A DNA stretch of 64,000 bases from an uncultured Candidatus Binatia bacterium (GCA_965207575.1 OZ242288.1:466869-530868), one strand, 5' to 3'. Positions 31,940 to 41,224 are shown, counted from the stretch's first letter. The notes: generated by a model not told the origin, from the letters alone. Made by a program: numbers and translations.

Positions 31940-32107
31940 ATGAAGAAAAAGAGAGCCCCAGCCAAGCCCAAGCGCCCCCAGGGCCGCCCATCTAAGCCCA
32001 TGCCTGAGTCGATCCCCGACACGCCTGAGAACATCATGCGGGCGCTCATTGCTGGCCCGCCGAAAAAGGCCCACGAGTGGGACTACCTGAAAGAGCCGCA
32101 GCCATGA
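31940..32107 (+). CDS. Small basic hypothetical protein (55 aa; below the track cutoff)
   Basis: Reads MKKKRAPAKPKRPQGRPSKPMPESIPDTPENIMRALIAGPPKKAHEWDYLKEPQP. Its stop overlaps the next start (ATGA). Confidence 0.4.
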   Translation: MKKKRAPAKPKRPQGRPSKPMPESIPDTPENIMRALIAGPPKKAHEWDYLKEPQP

Positions 32108-32304
32108 CGAGCTTTGAATACTTGTCGATCTTCACGGGCTGGGTACAACTTGGGCTGATCTGGTATGGGTTACAGATAATGCGCGAGAGTGGGAAACGCC
32201 GCGATCAGCAGTTGGATATGATGGCAGAAGGCATGCACGAACTCATTGCGAGTAGCCGCTCACAACGTGAGGGGATGGAAAAGCTGCTGGAGCGCAGTGC
32301 TTAG
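32104..32304 (+). CDS. Small single-TM hypothetical protein
   Basis: Reads MTSFEYLSIFTGWVQLGLIWYGLQIM.... It is translationally coupled to the preceding ORF. Confidence 0.4.
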   Translation: MTSFEYLSIFTGWVQLGLIWYGLQIMRESGKRRDQQLDMMAEGMHELIASSRSQREGMEKLLERSA

Positions 32305-32315
32305 GGGCCGCTACT

Positions 32316-32639
32316 ATGTGTATGTGTGATGATGCTCACTATGTTCCGCCACAAGAAGTGACATCTCCCGCCGATTGTTGGGAACTGCATGAGGTTCTCT
32401 ATGATGGTGGCGCAGAGGGATGGTCAGCTGCGGAAGGAACGTGGGATGGAGAACCCTGTGTAGCCCTACGCTGGAACATCTCAGCGGCCGGGTCTCGGCT
32501 GGGGTTTCCGAATGCTTATAATCACCCAACGTGGTTCGTTATTCCTGACGATTTGGCAGACATCATACGTGCTGCCATCAAGCTCAAGCTGGATTACCCC
32601 CCCGTCCTTCCTGCCCTTCTCTCACCGCTGGTTACTTAG
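32316..32639 (+). CDS. Hypothetical protein
   Basis: 107 aa, third gene of the small operon. I recognised no family. Confidence 0.4.
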   Translation: MCMCDDAHYVPPQEVTSPADCWELHEVLYDGGAEGWSAAEGTWDGEPCVALRWNISAAGSRLGFPNAYNHPTWFVIPDDLADIIRAAIKLKLDYPPVLPALLSPLVT

Positions 32640-32760
32640 GTATGTAATTCCCTTATTTTTTCCAGGGTGTTTACATCCCTATATGATTTCACTTATGGTG
32701 AGCAAGGACCCCACCTGGGCGTGTGATATACGGCACAAGGAGGTTAAGGAGGAAAGCCCC

Positions 32761-33288
32761 ATGCAGGCGTATTTCGAATTTGTAAGTAGAGCGCCGGTTC
32801 TCGGCACGACCCTGGTTGCCGGTCTCCTGCTCCTCGTCGTCGTGTTTCCGGCCTTGCCCATCGGGGGCGACCTGCTCGATGTGAGGTCGAGCTACACCTA
32901 CGACGAAGCTGTCGCTGCTCTGGAAGGCTACGGCGAGCAGGGGCGTCGGGTCTATGCGTGGGCCAGCGCGACGCTGGATACGGTGTTGCCCGTAATTTAT
33001 GTCAGCTTCCTTGCCGGCCTCGTATATCGATTCCGCCCGAGCGAACGTCTGGGGTGGTTGGCCTACCTGCCAGTGGCGGCCGGCGTACTTGATCTGGGCG
33101 AGAACGTGCAGATCATCTGCATGTTGCTGCACTACCCCGACATATCCGCCGGGCAGGTGGCCAGCGCCTCGGTATTCACCTTGTCGAAGGGGTACGCGGT
33201 ATCGGTCTGTCTGGCGCTGGCGGTGATTCTTCTGGCGCTCTCAGCGGGTCGCCGTGTCGTGCACGGAATGCGCGGTCACGCCCTCTGA
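32761..33288 (+). CDS. Hypothetical integral membrane protein
   Basis: AAGGAGGAAAG lies before the ATG at 32761. It has about 5 hydrophobic segments. Confidence 0.55.
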   Translation: MQAYFEFVSRAPVLGTTLVAGLLLLVVVFPALPIGGDLLDVRSSYTYDEAVAALEGYGEQGRRVYAWASATLDTVLPVIYVSFLAGLVYRFRPSERLGWLAYLPVAAGVLDLGENVQIICMLLHYPDISAGQVASASVFTLSKGYAVSVCLALAVILLALSAGRRVVHGMRGHAL

Positions 33289-33370
33289 GCATGTGAACTG
33301 TTTATATCAATCGTGAACTCCTACATGAGACGTGTGATGCAAAGAGGGGACGTATCGAGGACGTAATCAT

Positions 33371-34000
33371 ATGGCAGAAAAAATATCAAAAGCCGATCAA
33401 TCCCGCAGGACGCGGTCTACTCTGCTCACCGCTGCCCGTGAACTCTTTGCCGAGCAGGGATATGCTCACACATCTACGGAAGAAATTCTGGCACGCACCG
33501 GGGTGACCAGAGGGGCGCTGTATTATCACTTTCGAGACAAAGTCGACCTCTTCCGAGCCGTTTTCTGTGAGGTTGAAAATTTTATGCAACAAGAAATTGC
33601 TCGGAGCACGGTAGAAACGGAGGGCGACCTCTGGTAGCGGTTTCGGGCTGGCGCTATCACCTTCTTCGGCCTCTGCACCAGACCTGACATTCAGCGCATT
33701 CTCTATATTGATGGACCGGCGGTCTTAAGCGCGGATACCTGGCACGAGACGACCACCGAGGCTGGAATCAGCACCGTTCGAAAGCACTTACGGCTGTTAA
33801 TGGATCAGGGTTATATCGAAGAACTCCCGCTTGAAGCGCTGACACACCTGTAGTTTGGGGCCTACTCCGAAGCGGCTTTACACATTGCCCGCGCCGAGGA
33901 TAAGGACGCGGCCCGGATGGAGATAGGACGGTGTGTTGGAGCACTTGGCGAAGGGGATGCGGCTCCAAGCCCAGGCCGCCCGAGAACGCAATCTGTATAG
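33371..34000 (+). pseudogene. TetR-family regulator with two in-frame TAG codons
   Basis: The N-terminal HTH reads TRSTLLTAARELFAEQGYAHTSTEEILARTGVTRGALYYHF. The same frame continues past TAG 33635-33637 (DLW*RFRAGAITFF) and TAG 33851-33853 (LTHL*FGAYSEAALHIA) as a typical TetR ligand-binding domain. Confidence 0.8.
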
Positions 34001-34033
34001 CACGCCCCGTGAAGGGGAGGGTAAGGAAGAGGA

Positions 34034-36745
34034 ATGTATATGAGAACATTGATAGCATGGCAATGCGGTCTCAAGCGTGAACATGTCCTTCCAATAGATA
34101 GGAGATGCTGGACACGTTTGCTCCTGCTGGTATCACTCTTCGTTTTGATTGGCGCGCTGCCAGCCGGCGCGCAGGAGGCTGACCAGGAAGGAACGCCGGA
34201 AGAACCCATCTTCGGGCTTGAGGACCTCCGCGTGGTCGGTTCCCGGGCGCCTGGCCGCTCCGCAGCGGACTCGCCCGTACCGGTGGACGTCATTGACGGC
34301 GACAGCTTCCAGCATTACGGCGTCCGCGACCTGAACAACCTGCTGGCCGCAACCGTTCCGTCCTATAATATCTCCCAGCACGCCATCGGCGATGCCAACG
34401 CCTTGGTCCGCCCGGCAAAATTACGCGGCCTGCCGCCGGACTCGACTCTGGTGCTGGTCAACGGCAAACGCCGCCACCGCTCGTCGGCGATCAGTATCTT
34501 CACCTTTGGGCAGGCCCAAGGGGCGCACGGGGTTGATATCCGCTCCATCCCGTCCATTGCCCTCAAACGCGTTGAGGTACTGCGCGACGGGGCCGGTGCC
34601 CAGTACGGCTCTGACGCGGTAGCCGGGGTGATGAACTTTGTGCTGCGCGACGCGCCCGAGGGCGGGACAGTCGAAGCCCGCTGGGGCCAGTATTATCAGG
34701 GTGACGGCGACCAGGTGAGCACCGCGGCCAATATCGGCCTGCCACTGACCGACGCCGGCTTTGCCAACCTCAGCTTTGAGTTCACCAACGCCGACTCGAC
34801 CGACCGCAGCTCTGAACTCGACATAGAAAGGCCGTTGAGGGACGCCGGGCTTCCCGTCAAGCATCGTGCGATGGTATGGGGCGCGCCGGACGTGCCGTAC
34901 GACTATAAGTTTTTCGGCAACTTCGGCCTTGACCTGGGCGACTCTCACCATGCCTATGCCTTCGGCAACTGGGCGGAACGCCAGATTCTGGACTCGTGGT
35001 ATTTCCGGGGCCCGCATCCGTCCGCGCCTACCGGTACGACCGGGGTGTATCTGGACGGCGAACGTCTCAAGGTCGCCGACCTGACACCCGACGGCACCGG
35101 CAACTGCCCGACAATCCTGGCACGCGATTATACGCAAAACGGCCTAGCCGCGCTGGCCCCGCTGGAGGGCAACCCGGACTGTTACGCGTTGGCTCAAAAT
35201 CTTCCGGGCGGGTTCACCCCGCGGATGCGTGGCGGCGTGGAAGACTGGGGCATCACCTTCGGCCTGCGCGGGACGTTGCAGAGCGCCTCTGCGCTGCTGG
35301 ACGGCTGGAACTACGACATGAGTGCCGCGTTCGGCCAGCACAGAACCACGTACTACATCTGGAACACCGTCAACCCGCAACTGCTCCGCCTCAAAGACGC
35401 CATGCCGACGGGATACTTCGGACGTGCCTACGAGCAGCGGGACAAGATGTTCAACCTGGACTTCTCTCGACCGTTCGACATCGGCCTGTTCTACTCCCCG
35501 CTGAATGTCGCCTTCGGACTGGAGTACCGTGAGGAAAAGTATGAAATCGAATCCGGTGACAAGGACGGCTGGTGCTCTGATGACACTGGAGAATGTGATG
35601 GGCAACGTAAAATGCGTGGTCTCGCCGCACAGGGGTTCAGCGTAGGCGGCCAAGCGTATCCGGCTATCCGCCCGGAGAATGCGGTGGAGGCCGAACGGGG
35701 CAGCTTCGGTGCGTACCTCGACCTCGAAGCCGACATCATCGAGAACGTACTGGTCACCGCCGCGGGCCGCTTCGAGCATCATGAAGGCATCGGCGAATCC
35801 CTGGACGGCAAGCTGGCCGCCCGCTGGAGTCTGCTTGAGGAGTATCTGGCGCTGCGCGGGTCGATCGGGACCGGCTTTCGCGCGCCGACCGTGGGACAGG
35901 CGAACTACCGGGACACGACCTACAACTTTGATCCCGACACAAATCAACTGGTCGAAACGCCGACGCTTCCGGGCGGCCACCCCATTGCGCTCCGGAAAGG
36001 GGCCAAGCCGCTGACACCGGAGACCTCCATGTCTTTTTCGGTCGGGGCGGTGCTCAGCCTAGATGCCCTGACCGTCACTCTGGACTATTACAATATAGAA
36101 GTGAGAAACCGTATTGGGTTGACCAGCGCCCAGGGGATCACCCCTGAAGATGTTGCCGCCCTGGCCGCTATCGGCGTCGATGCAAGTCGCATAAGAAGCG
36201 TGAGGTTTTTCACCAATGCTTTCGAATCGTACACGCAGGGCATCGATCTCGTTGCCACCTATCCGCTGGACTTGTTCGGCGGCAGCTTCGGCAGGACCAT
36301 GTTGACGTTTGCCGGTAACTGGAACGACACCAACCTCAATCTCGATTCCATCAACTCGCAGGTCATCAACTCGGTGCGCAAAGTGCAGGTCGAAGATATC
36401 GAGCCGGAGTTTCGCTTCTCGCTGATGGCGGACCACACCTGGGGATCATGGCGGTTCCTTTCCCGGCTGCACTACTACGACGGTTTCACCGAGCCGTATC
36501 AAGATTACAAGATCAACCCGCCCATCTATGCCCGTGCCCGTGCGTTACTCGACCTGGAAGCGTCCTACCTGTTCGATTTCGGGCTGGTCGTGGCTGCCGG
36601 AGTGGACAACCTGCTCGACACCTATCCGACCAAGGTCAAACGGGTGCATCGGAATGAATATGATGCCGGCCAGAAGTACCCGGTTGCCTCACCGTATGGC
36701 TACAACGGCGGCTTCTACTACTTCCGGGCGTCGTACTCGTTCTGA
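34034..36745 (+). CDS. TonB-dependent outer-membrane receptor
   Basis: The plug region reads DLRVVGSRAP ... SPVPVDVIDGDSF ... LRGLPPDSTLVLVNGKR. A long beta-barrel region follows, ending in the terminal YYFRASYSF. Confidence 0.9.
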   Translation: MYMRTLIAWQCGLKREHVLPIDRRCWTRLLLLVSLFVLIGALPAGAQEADQEGTPEEPIFGLEDLRVVGSRAPGRSAADSPVPVDVIDGDSFQHYGVRDLNNLLAATVPSYNISQHAIGDANALVRPAKLRGLPPDSTLVLVNGKRRHRSSAISIFTFGQAQGAHGVDIRSIPSIALKRVEVLRDGAGAQYGSDAVAGVMNFVLRDAPEGGTVEARWGQYYQGDGDQVSTAANIGLPLTDAGFANLSFEFTNADSTDRSSELDIERPLRDAGLPVKHRAMVWGAPDVPYDYKFFGNFGLDLGDSHHAYAFGNWAERQILDSWYFRGPHPSAPTGTTGVYLDGERLKVADLTPDGTGNCPTILARDYTQNGLAALAPLEGNPDCYALAQNLPGGFTPRMRGGVEDWGITFGLRGTLQSASALLDGWNYDMSAAFGQHRTTYYIWNTVNPQLLRLKDAMPTGYFGRAYEQRDKMFNLDFSRPFDIGLFYSPLNVAFGLEYREEKYEIESGDKDGWCSDDTGECDGQRKMRGLAAQGFSVGGQAYPAIRPENAVEAERGSFGAYLDLEADIIENVLVTAAGRFEHHEGIGESLDGKLAARWSLLEEYLALRGSIGTGFRAPTVGQANYRDTTYNFDPDTNQLVETPTLPGGHPIALRKGAKPLTPETSMSFSVGAVLSLDALTVTLDYYNIEVRNRIGLTSAQGITPEDVAALAAIGVDASRIRSVRFFTNAFESYTQGIDLVATYPLDLFGGSFGRTMLTFAGNWNDTNLNLDSINSQVINSVRKVQVEDIEPEFRFSLMADHTWGSWRFLSRLHYYDGFTEPYQDYKINPPIYARARALLDLEASYLFDFGLVVAAGVDNLLDTYPTKVKRVHRNEYDAGQKYPVASPYGYNGGFYYFRASYSF

Positions 36746-36788
36746 GACTTGGCGTACCGCTGAAGACATTCGGGCAATACGGTCTCAA

Positions 36789-36837
36789 GAGTGAACGGGT
36801 CCAGCGTCCCATGTCTATTGGAAGGACCCGTTCACTC
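36789..36837. other. Perfect 14-bp stem / 21-nt loop hairpin
   Basis: GAGTGAACGGGTCC (36789-36802) pairs with GGACCCGTTCACTC (36824-36837). It is homologous to a weaker hairpin inside the 5' end of the receptor gene (34077-34121), but with the loop inverted. Confidence 0.8.
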
Positions 36838-36912
36838 CTGCTGGTGTCGCTCCTGACCTTGATAGGCGCACCGCCGGGCGGGCGCGGCCAGAGTTTCATC
36901 TTCACATCCTAG
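36811..36912 (+). pseudogene. Remnant 5' end (signal-peptide region) of a second, paralogous TonB-dependent receptor
   Basis: MSIGRTRSLLLVSLLTLIGAPPGG matches RRCWTRLLLLVSLFVLIGALPAGA of the intact gene. DNA similarity runs from about 36774 to 36885 versus 34061 to 34170. It stops after 33 codons. Confidence 0.55.
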
Positions 36913-36945
36913 CGGGAGTGGGCCGAAGTCCCGTATACACATCGC

Positions 36946-39744
36946 ATGCGCCTGTCCTGGAATGAAATCCGTGTCCGCGCCGCCGCGTTTGCCGAAGAGT
37001 GGCGGGACGCAGCCTATGAGAAAGGCGAGACGCAGAGCTTCTATAACGACTTCTTCCATATCTTCGGTGTCAGGCGACGCACTGTTGCGCGCTATGAGGA
37101 GCATGTCAGGAAGCTAGACAATCGTTCCGGCTTCATCGACCTGTTCTGGCCCGGTGTCCTCCTGGTCGAACAAAAGAGCGCTGGCCGCGACCTGACCAAA
37201 GCATACGGACAAGCCGGTGACTACTTCGACGCCCTGTCCGAGCAAGACCGCCCGCGCTATATCCTGGTCAGCGACTTTCAGACCTTTGAGTTACATGACC
37301 TGGACGAGCGGGAACGCACGTTTTTCGCTCTGGCCGACCTGCCCCACAACGTCGAGAAGTTCGGCTTTATCCTGGGCGTACAAAAACGCACCTTCAAGGA
37401 TCAGGACCCGGTCAACATTCAGGCGTCCGAACTCATGGGCGACCTGCACGACGCGCTCCAACAGTCCGGTTACACCGGCCACGACCTCGAGCGCTTTCTC
37501 GTCCGTACCGTGTTCTGCTTGTTTGCCGACGATACCGGCATCTTCGAGCCACGCGACATCTTTCTTGATTTCCTGGAAACGCGCACCCGTGAAGACGGCT
37601 CAGACCTGGGCTTATGGCTCTCGCGGCTCTTTCAAGTGCTCGATACACCTGAAGATAAGCGTCAAAAGGCTCTGGACGAGGACTTGGCTCGCTTTCCGTA
37701 TGTGAACGGCGACCTGTTCCGCGGTCCGCTACGCATTCCCGACTTTGACGCTCCCATGCGGCAGGCATTGCTCGACGCCTGCCGGTTCGACTGGACCGCC
37801 ATCTCTCCGGCAATCTTTGGCGCACTGTTCCAATCAGTCATGAACCCTGGGCAGCGCCGCTCTCAGGGCGCGCACTACACCACCGAGCAGAACATCCTGA
37901 AGGTCATCGAGCCGCTGTTTCTGGATGACCTGCGAGCAGAGTTTGCTCGGCTGAAAGCCCGCAAGGACACACATCGACGGCTGGAACTGCGTCGCTTTCA
38001 GCGGCGCTTAGGGACGCTCCGCTTTCTCGATCCGGCCTGCGGCTGCGGTAATTTTCTCATCATTGCCTACCGCGAGTTGCGCGCCTTGGAGATTGAGGTC
38101 TTGAAGGAACTGCGCGCCTATCAAGATGACACGGAAACCGGGGAGTTCAACGTTGCAACCTTCTTGTCGGTCGTCAATGTAGACCAATTCTACGGTATTG
38201 AAATCGGGGAGTTCCCGACCCATATCGCCGAGACCGCGTTGTGGATGATGGACCACATCATGAACAACCAGCTCAGTCTGGAGTTCGGTCAAACCTTCGT
38301 GCGTATCCCGCTGACCCACTCGCCCCATATTCTGAATGCTGACGCCCTGGAAACCGGCTGGGCCAGCCTGCTGCCACCGGAGGAATGCTCGTATGTGTTC
38401 GGCAATCCGCCGTTTGTCGGCGCGAAATTTCAGAGCCGAGAGCAACGGGCGCAAGTCCGCAGTCTAGCTGGCCTGGGCGGTAGCGGAGGGACCCTGGATT
38501 ACGTCGCCGCCTGGCTCCTCAAGGCGGGAGCATATGTTACGGAGCAGACTCGTATCGGCTTTGTAGCAACCAACTCAACGACACAGGGCGAACAGGTCGG
38601 CCAGTTGTGGCCCCTGCTGTTTGACCGCTACCGGTTGGAGCTGTCCTTTGCCCATCGCACCTTTGCGTGGGGATCGGATGCACGCGGCAAGGCGCACGTG
38701 CATGTCGTCATTCTCGGGTTGGACCGGCGGGAGAATGCGAGGACAGAGAAACGCCTGTTTTCCTACTCCGATCTCAACGGCGACCCGGAGGAAACCCGCC
38801 ACACTGTGCTTTCACCCTATCTGTTCGACGCCAGCGGCTTGGCCGACTCACATCAAATTGTTCGAGAGGAGAATGAACCCGTCAATGGAATGCGTAGACT
38901 AAAGACCGGCGTTCAGATGATTGACAATGGTATTCTGACATTCAGTGAGGAAGAAAAAGAAGCCTTTCTTGCGGATGAGCCCTCCGCGTCCAGATTCTTC
39001 CGGCGGTACATTGGAGGCGGCGAATTTATCAACGACTTCCACCGTTGGATACTGTATCTTCGAGAAGCTAACCCAACTGATTTGAAGTCGTTACCAATGG
39101 TTGCGGGTAAGGTCACAGAAGTTCGTGCATATCGGGCAGCAAGTGCTCGTGCGAGTACGCGGCGGATGGCCAACTATCCTACCTTGGTTGGTGTAGATGA
39201 ACGGCTTAATGCTGATTATCTAGTTATTCCGAATACGAGTTCAGAGCGGCGCGAATATGTCCCAATTGGATGGTTGACGCCTGACGTGATTGCAAATCAG
39301 AAATTACGGATTCTTCCCGATGCCACCCTTACCGAGTTTGCCCTTCTCACTTCTGCCATGCACATGGCGTGGATGCGTACCGTGACCGGGCGCATGAAAA
39401 GCGACTATATGTATTCTGTCGGTGTCGTCTACAACACCTTCCCCACACCGCTCGAAAGCGCAGACCTGTCAAAGCTGGAACTGCTGGCCCAAGCCGTGCT
39501 CGACGCCCGCGCGGCCCACTCCGGTGCAACCCTGGCCGACCTGTACGACCCCGACCTGATGCCGCCCAACCTGCGCAAGGCCCACACCACCCTTGACCGC
39601 GCCGTAGACCGTCTCTACCGCCGTGGCGGCTTTACCTCGGAGCGCGAGCGGGTGGAGCACCTGTTTGGGTTGTATGAGAAAATGACTGCGCCGTTGGCGG
39701 TGAAGCCAACACCGAAGAGGAGACGGCGGCGCAATACATCCTAA
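36946..39744 (+). CDS. MmeI-family Type IIG (Type IIL) restriction-modification enzyme
   Basis: It is co-linear with MmeI as I remember it: LSWNEIR ... FIDLFWPGVLLVEQKS (D ... E-x-K nuclease) ... DGSDLGLWLSRLFQVL ... FPYVNGDLF ... AISPAIFGALFQS ... GAHYTTE ... FLDPACGCGNFL ... FGNPPFVG ... TNSTTQGEQV ... SERREYVPIGW. Confidence 0.9.
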   Translation: MRLSWNEIRVRAAAFAEEWRDAAYEKGETQSFYNDFFHIFGVRRRTVARYEEHVRKLDNRSGFIDLFWPGVLLVEQKSAGRDLTKAYGQAGDYFDALSEQDRPRYILVSDFQTFELHDLDERERTFFALADLPHNVEKFGFILGVQKRTFKDQDPVNIQASELMGDLHDALQQSGYTGHDLERFLVRTVFCLFADDTGIFEPRDIFLDFLETRTREDGSDLGLWLSRLFQVLDTPEDKRQKALDEDLARFPYVNGDLFRGPLRIPDFDAPMRQALLDACRFDWTAISPAIFGALFQSVMNPGQRRSQGAHYTTEQNILKVIEPLFLDDLRAEFARLKARKDTHRRLELRRFQRRLGTLRFLDPACGCGNFLIIAYRELRALEIEVLKELRAYQDDTETGEFNVATFLSVVNVDQFYGIEIGEFPTHIAETALWMMDHIMNNQLSLEFGQTFVRIPLTHSPHILNADALETGWASLLPPEECSYVFGNPPFVGAKFQSREQRAQVRSLAGLGGSGGTLDYVAAWLLKAGAYVTEQTRIGFVATNSTTQGEQVGQLWPLLFDRYRLELSFAHRTFAWGSDARGKAHVHVVILGLDRRENARTEKRLFSYSDLNGDPEETRHTVLSPYLFDASGLADSHQIVREENEPVNGMRRLKTGVQMIDNGILTFSEEEKEAFLADEPSASRFFRRYIGGGEFINDFHRWILYLREANPTDLKSLPMVAGKVTEVRAYRAASARASTRRMANYPTLVGVDERLNADYLVIPNTSSERREYVPIGWLTPDVIANQKLRILPDATLTEFALLTSAMHMAWMRTVTGRMKSDYMYSVGVVYNTFPTPLESADLSKLELLAQAVLDARAAHSGATLADLYDPDLMPPNLRKAHTTLDRAVDRLYRRGGFTSERERVEHLFGLYEKMTAPLAVKPTPKRRRRRNTS
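37034..37664. repeat. Direct repeat copy 1 (partner 42651-43258, roughly 95% identical by eye, with a 24-bp indel)
   Basis: Direct comparison of the two DNA stretches. Confidence 0.9.
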
Positions 39745-39815
39745 CTGTTGAGCAAAAAATTTGGGCGCTATAGTGCACTACCCAACAGGCGGGGCTACGA
39801 TTAACAGAGGCAGGC

Positions 39816-40967
39816 ATGAGCAGGCGGAATAAGGGCAGCAAGAACTGGCGAGAGACCCTTCGCAGGAGTCTTGAACCATCCGGGGGTGGGGGACTCACCA
39901 CGCACGGAGCCAAGGTTGGGGCAGAGCCCTTAGGCGGTAGGCCCGCAGAATGCACGATCACCGGACACTGCCGGACATTTGTGTTCAAATTTCCCGGTTC
40001 CTATCTGGCCGCGGAGGAACCCGTCAATCATCAGGTCATCTACTCGCACGGGAGTTTCAAGGCGTCAATCGTGTCAGACCTCCTGGCTTACTTCGAGCAG
40101 GATCCGGCCGAGTCGCTCCACTACTCCATCGACGTGTCCTTGCGTGTCGGTGTCCGCAGCACCTACGAGAAGACCGTCGAACAATCCAACAGGCAGCCTC
40201 ACTCGGAAGTGCCGCTCTTCGTCGTGATAGAGGAGCACATGGAAGTCCCTCCAACGGTGTTGAGCAGTGGCGAATGCTTCACAATCGACGAATGCCGCGA
40301 CGACGATGCCTTGATAGAGGGGGGCAGGGAAGGCGAGAGGGTCTTGCTTGCCTTTCGTACGATCGACGGTTCGTGGCCCGACTTCCACGCCGACATGTCC
40401 GTCGTGAACGTGGTGCTGGCAGCCGTAAAGGTGGAGCAAAACGTCACCAGTCATATCGAAAAGCTCTACAACTGCTCCTGTTTCGTCAGCAGCGAAGGAC
40501 AAGCTGTTTATACTATAATCCCAACCCTCGGTGCCACGCACGGAGAGTCGAGATCTCGCCTTGCACCGCCAGACCTCAGGGAAAAGGTGAACAGGATCAG
40601 GTCTATGCTTCAAGGAATGATGGCGGATTCGGAGCCGGTGGCGGCGGAACTATTCGACTCGATCCTGTTGGACAAGACAAAGGACGATGGCTACTTGCGG
40701 CTCTGGTATCTGCGGCTCTGGCAGGCGCTTGACGATGCGAAGAGATATCTGGGGTACCGCCAACTCGATAATCTCAACACGGTGATCGCAGGTGAAAGGA
40801 CACCGGCAGAACTCAGGGAGTATCGGCGCGACATAGCCCATTGGTATACGGGCAAGATAGACTATTCGTATCTGAGCGACCTCCAGCACACAGTGATGGA
40901 ACTGCTCCGCAGGAAGTACCGCCCGACCAAAGATGGCGAATCGGACCGATCCGAACGGCACCGGTAG
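39816..40967 (+). CDS. Hypothetical protein with a helical C-terminal region carrying an Rx4H (HEPN-like) motif
   Basis: It lies 72 nt downstream of the MmeI-like gene on the same strand. The C-terminus reads YLRLWYLRLWQALDDAKRYLGY ... LREYRRDIAHWYTGKIDY. I do not recognise the N-terminal ~240 aa. Confidence 0.55.
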   Translation: MSRRNKGSKNWRETLRRSLEPSGGGGLTTHGAKVGAEPLGGRPAECTITGHCRTFVFKFPGSYLAAEEPVNHQVIYSHGSFKASIVSDLLAYFEQDPAESLHYSIDVSLRVGVRSTYEKTVEQSNRQPHSEVPLFVVIEEHMEVPPTVLSSGECFTIDECRDDDALIEGGREGERVLLAFRTIDGSWPDFHADMSVVNVVLAAVKVEQNVTSHIEKLYNCSCFVSSEGQAVYTIIPTLGATHGESRSRLAPPDLREKVNRIRSMLQGMMADSEPVAAELFDSILLDKTKDDGYLRLWYLRLWQALDDAKRYLGYRQLDNLNTVIAGERTPAELREYRRDIAHWYTGKIDYSYLSDLQHTVMELLRRKYRPTKDGESDRSERHR

Positions 40968-41224
40968 CCAAGTATATCAAAAAAGTGGAGCTATCGAGCG
41001 GTCCGGACGATGAGTTCCCGTAGGGCTTCGTGCTGAACGTCTATGGCGCGCATGGTCTCGGTCCGGGTGGTCACGACGGGTTGGGGGGCTTCACGCACAT
41101 CGGTGATGGCGCTCCAGCCGTAGTTGGCTCCCACGTCGGTGGCACAGATGAGCCCGCTTTGACATTGGCTGGGCGTGGCTGGGTCACAGTCCCCGTGCCC
41201 GGCGATACACGGCCCATGGTTCTT

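Noticed and set aside
33635-33853. Two in-frame TAG codons as amber reassignment or pyrrolysine
   Set aside because: TAG is used as a genuine stop by neighbouring genes (13979-13981, 14862-14864 and 51394-51396). A pseudogene explanation is preferred.
34421-35980. Minus-strand ORFs of 238 and 278 aa
   Set aside because: They are antisense to the TonB-dependent receptor gene and are Arg-rich shadow ORFs.
39950-40732. 260-aa ORF in another frame of the same strand as 39816..40967
   Set aside because: Its composition is extremely Arg-rich. The 383-aa frame has a balanced composition and a plausible domain structure.
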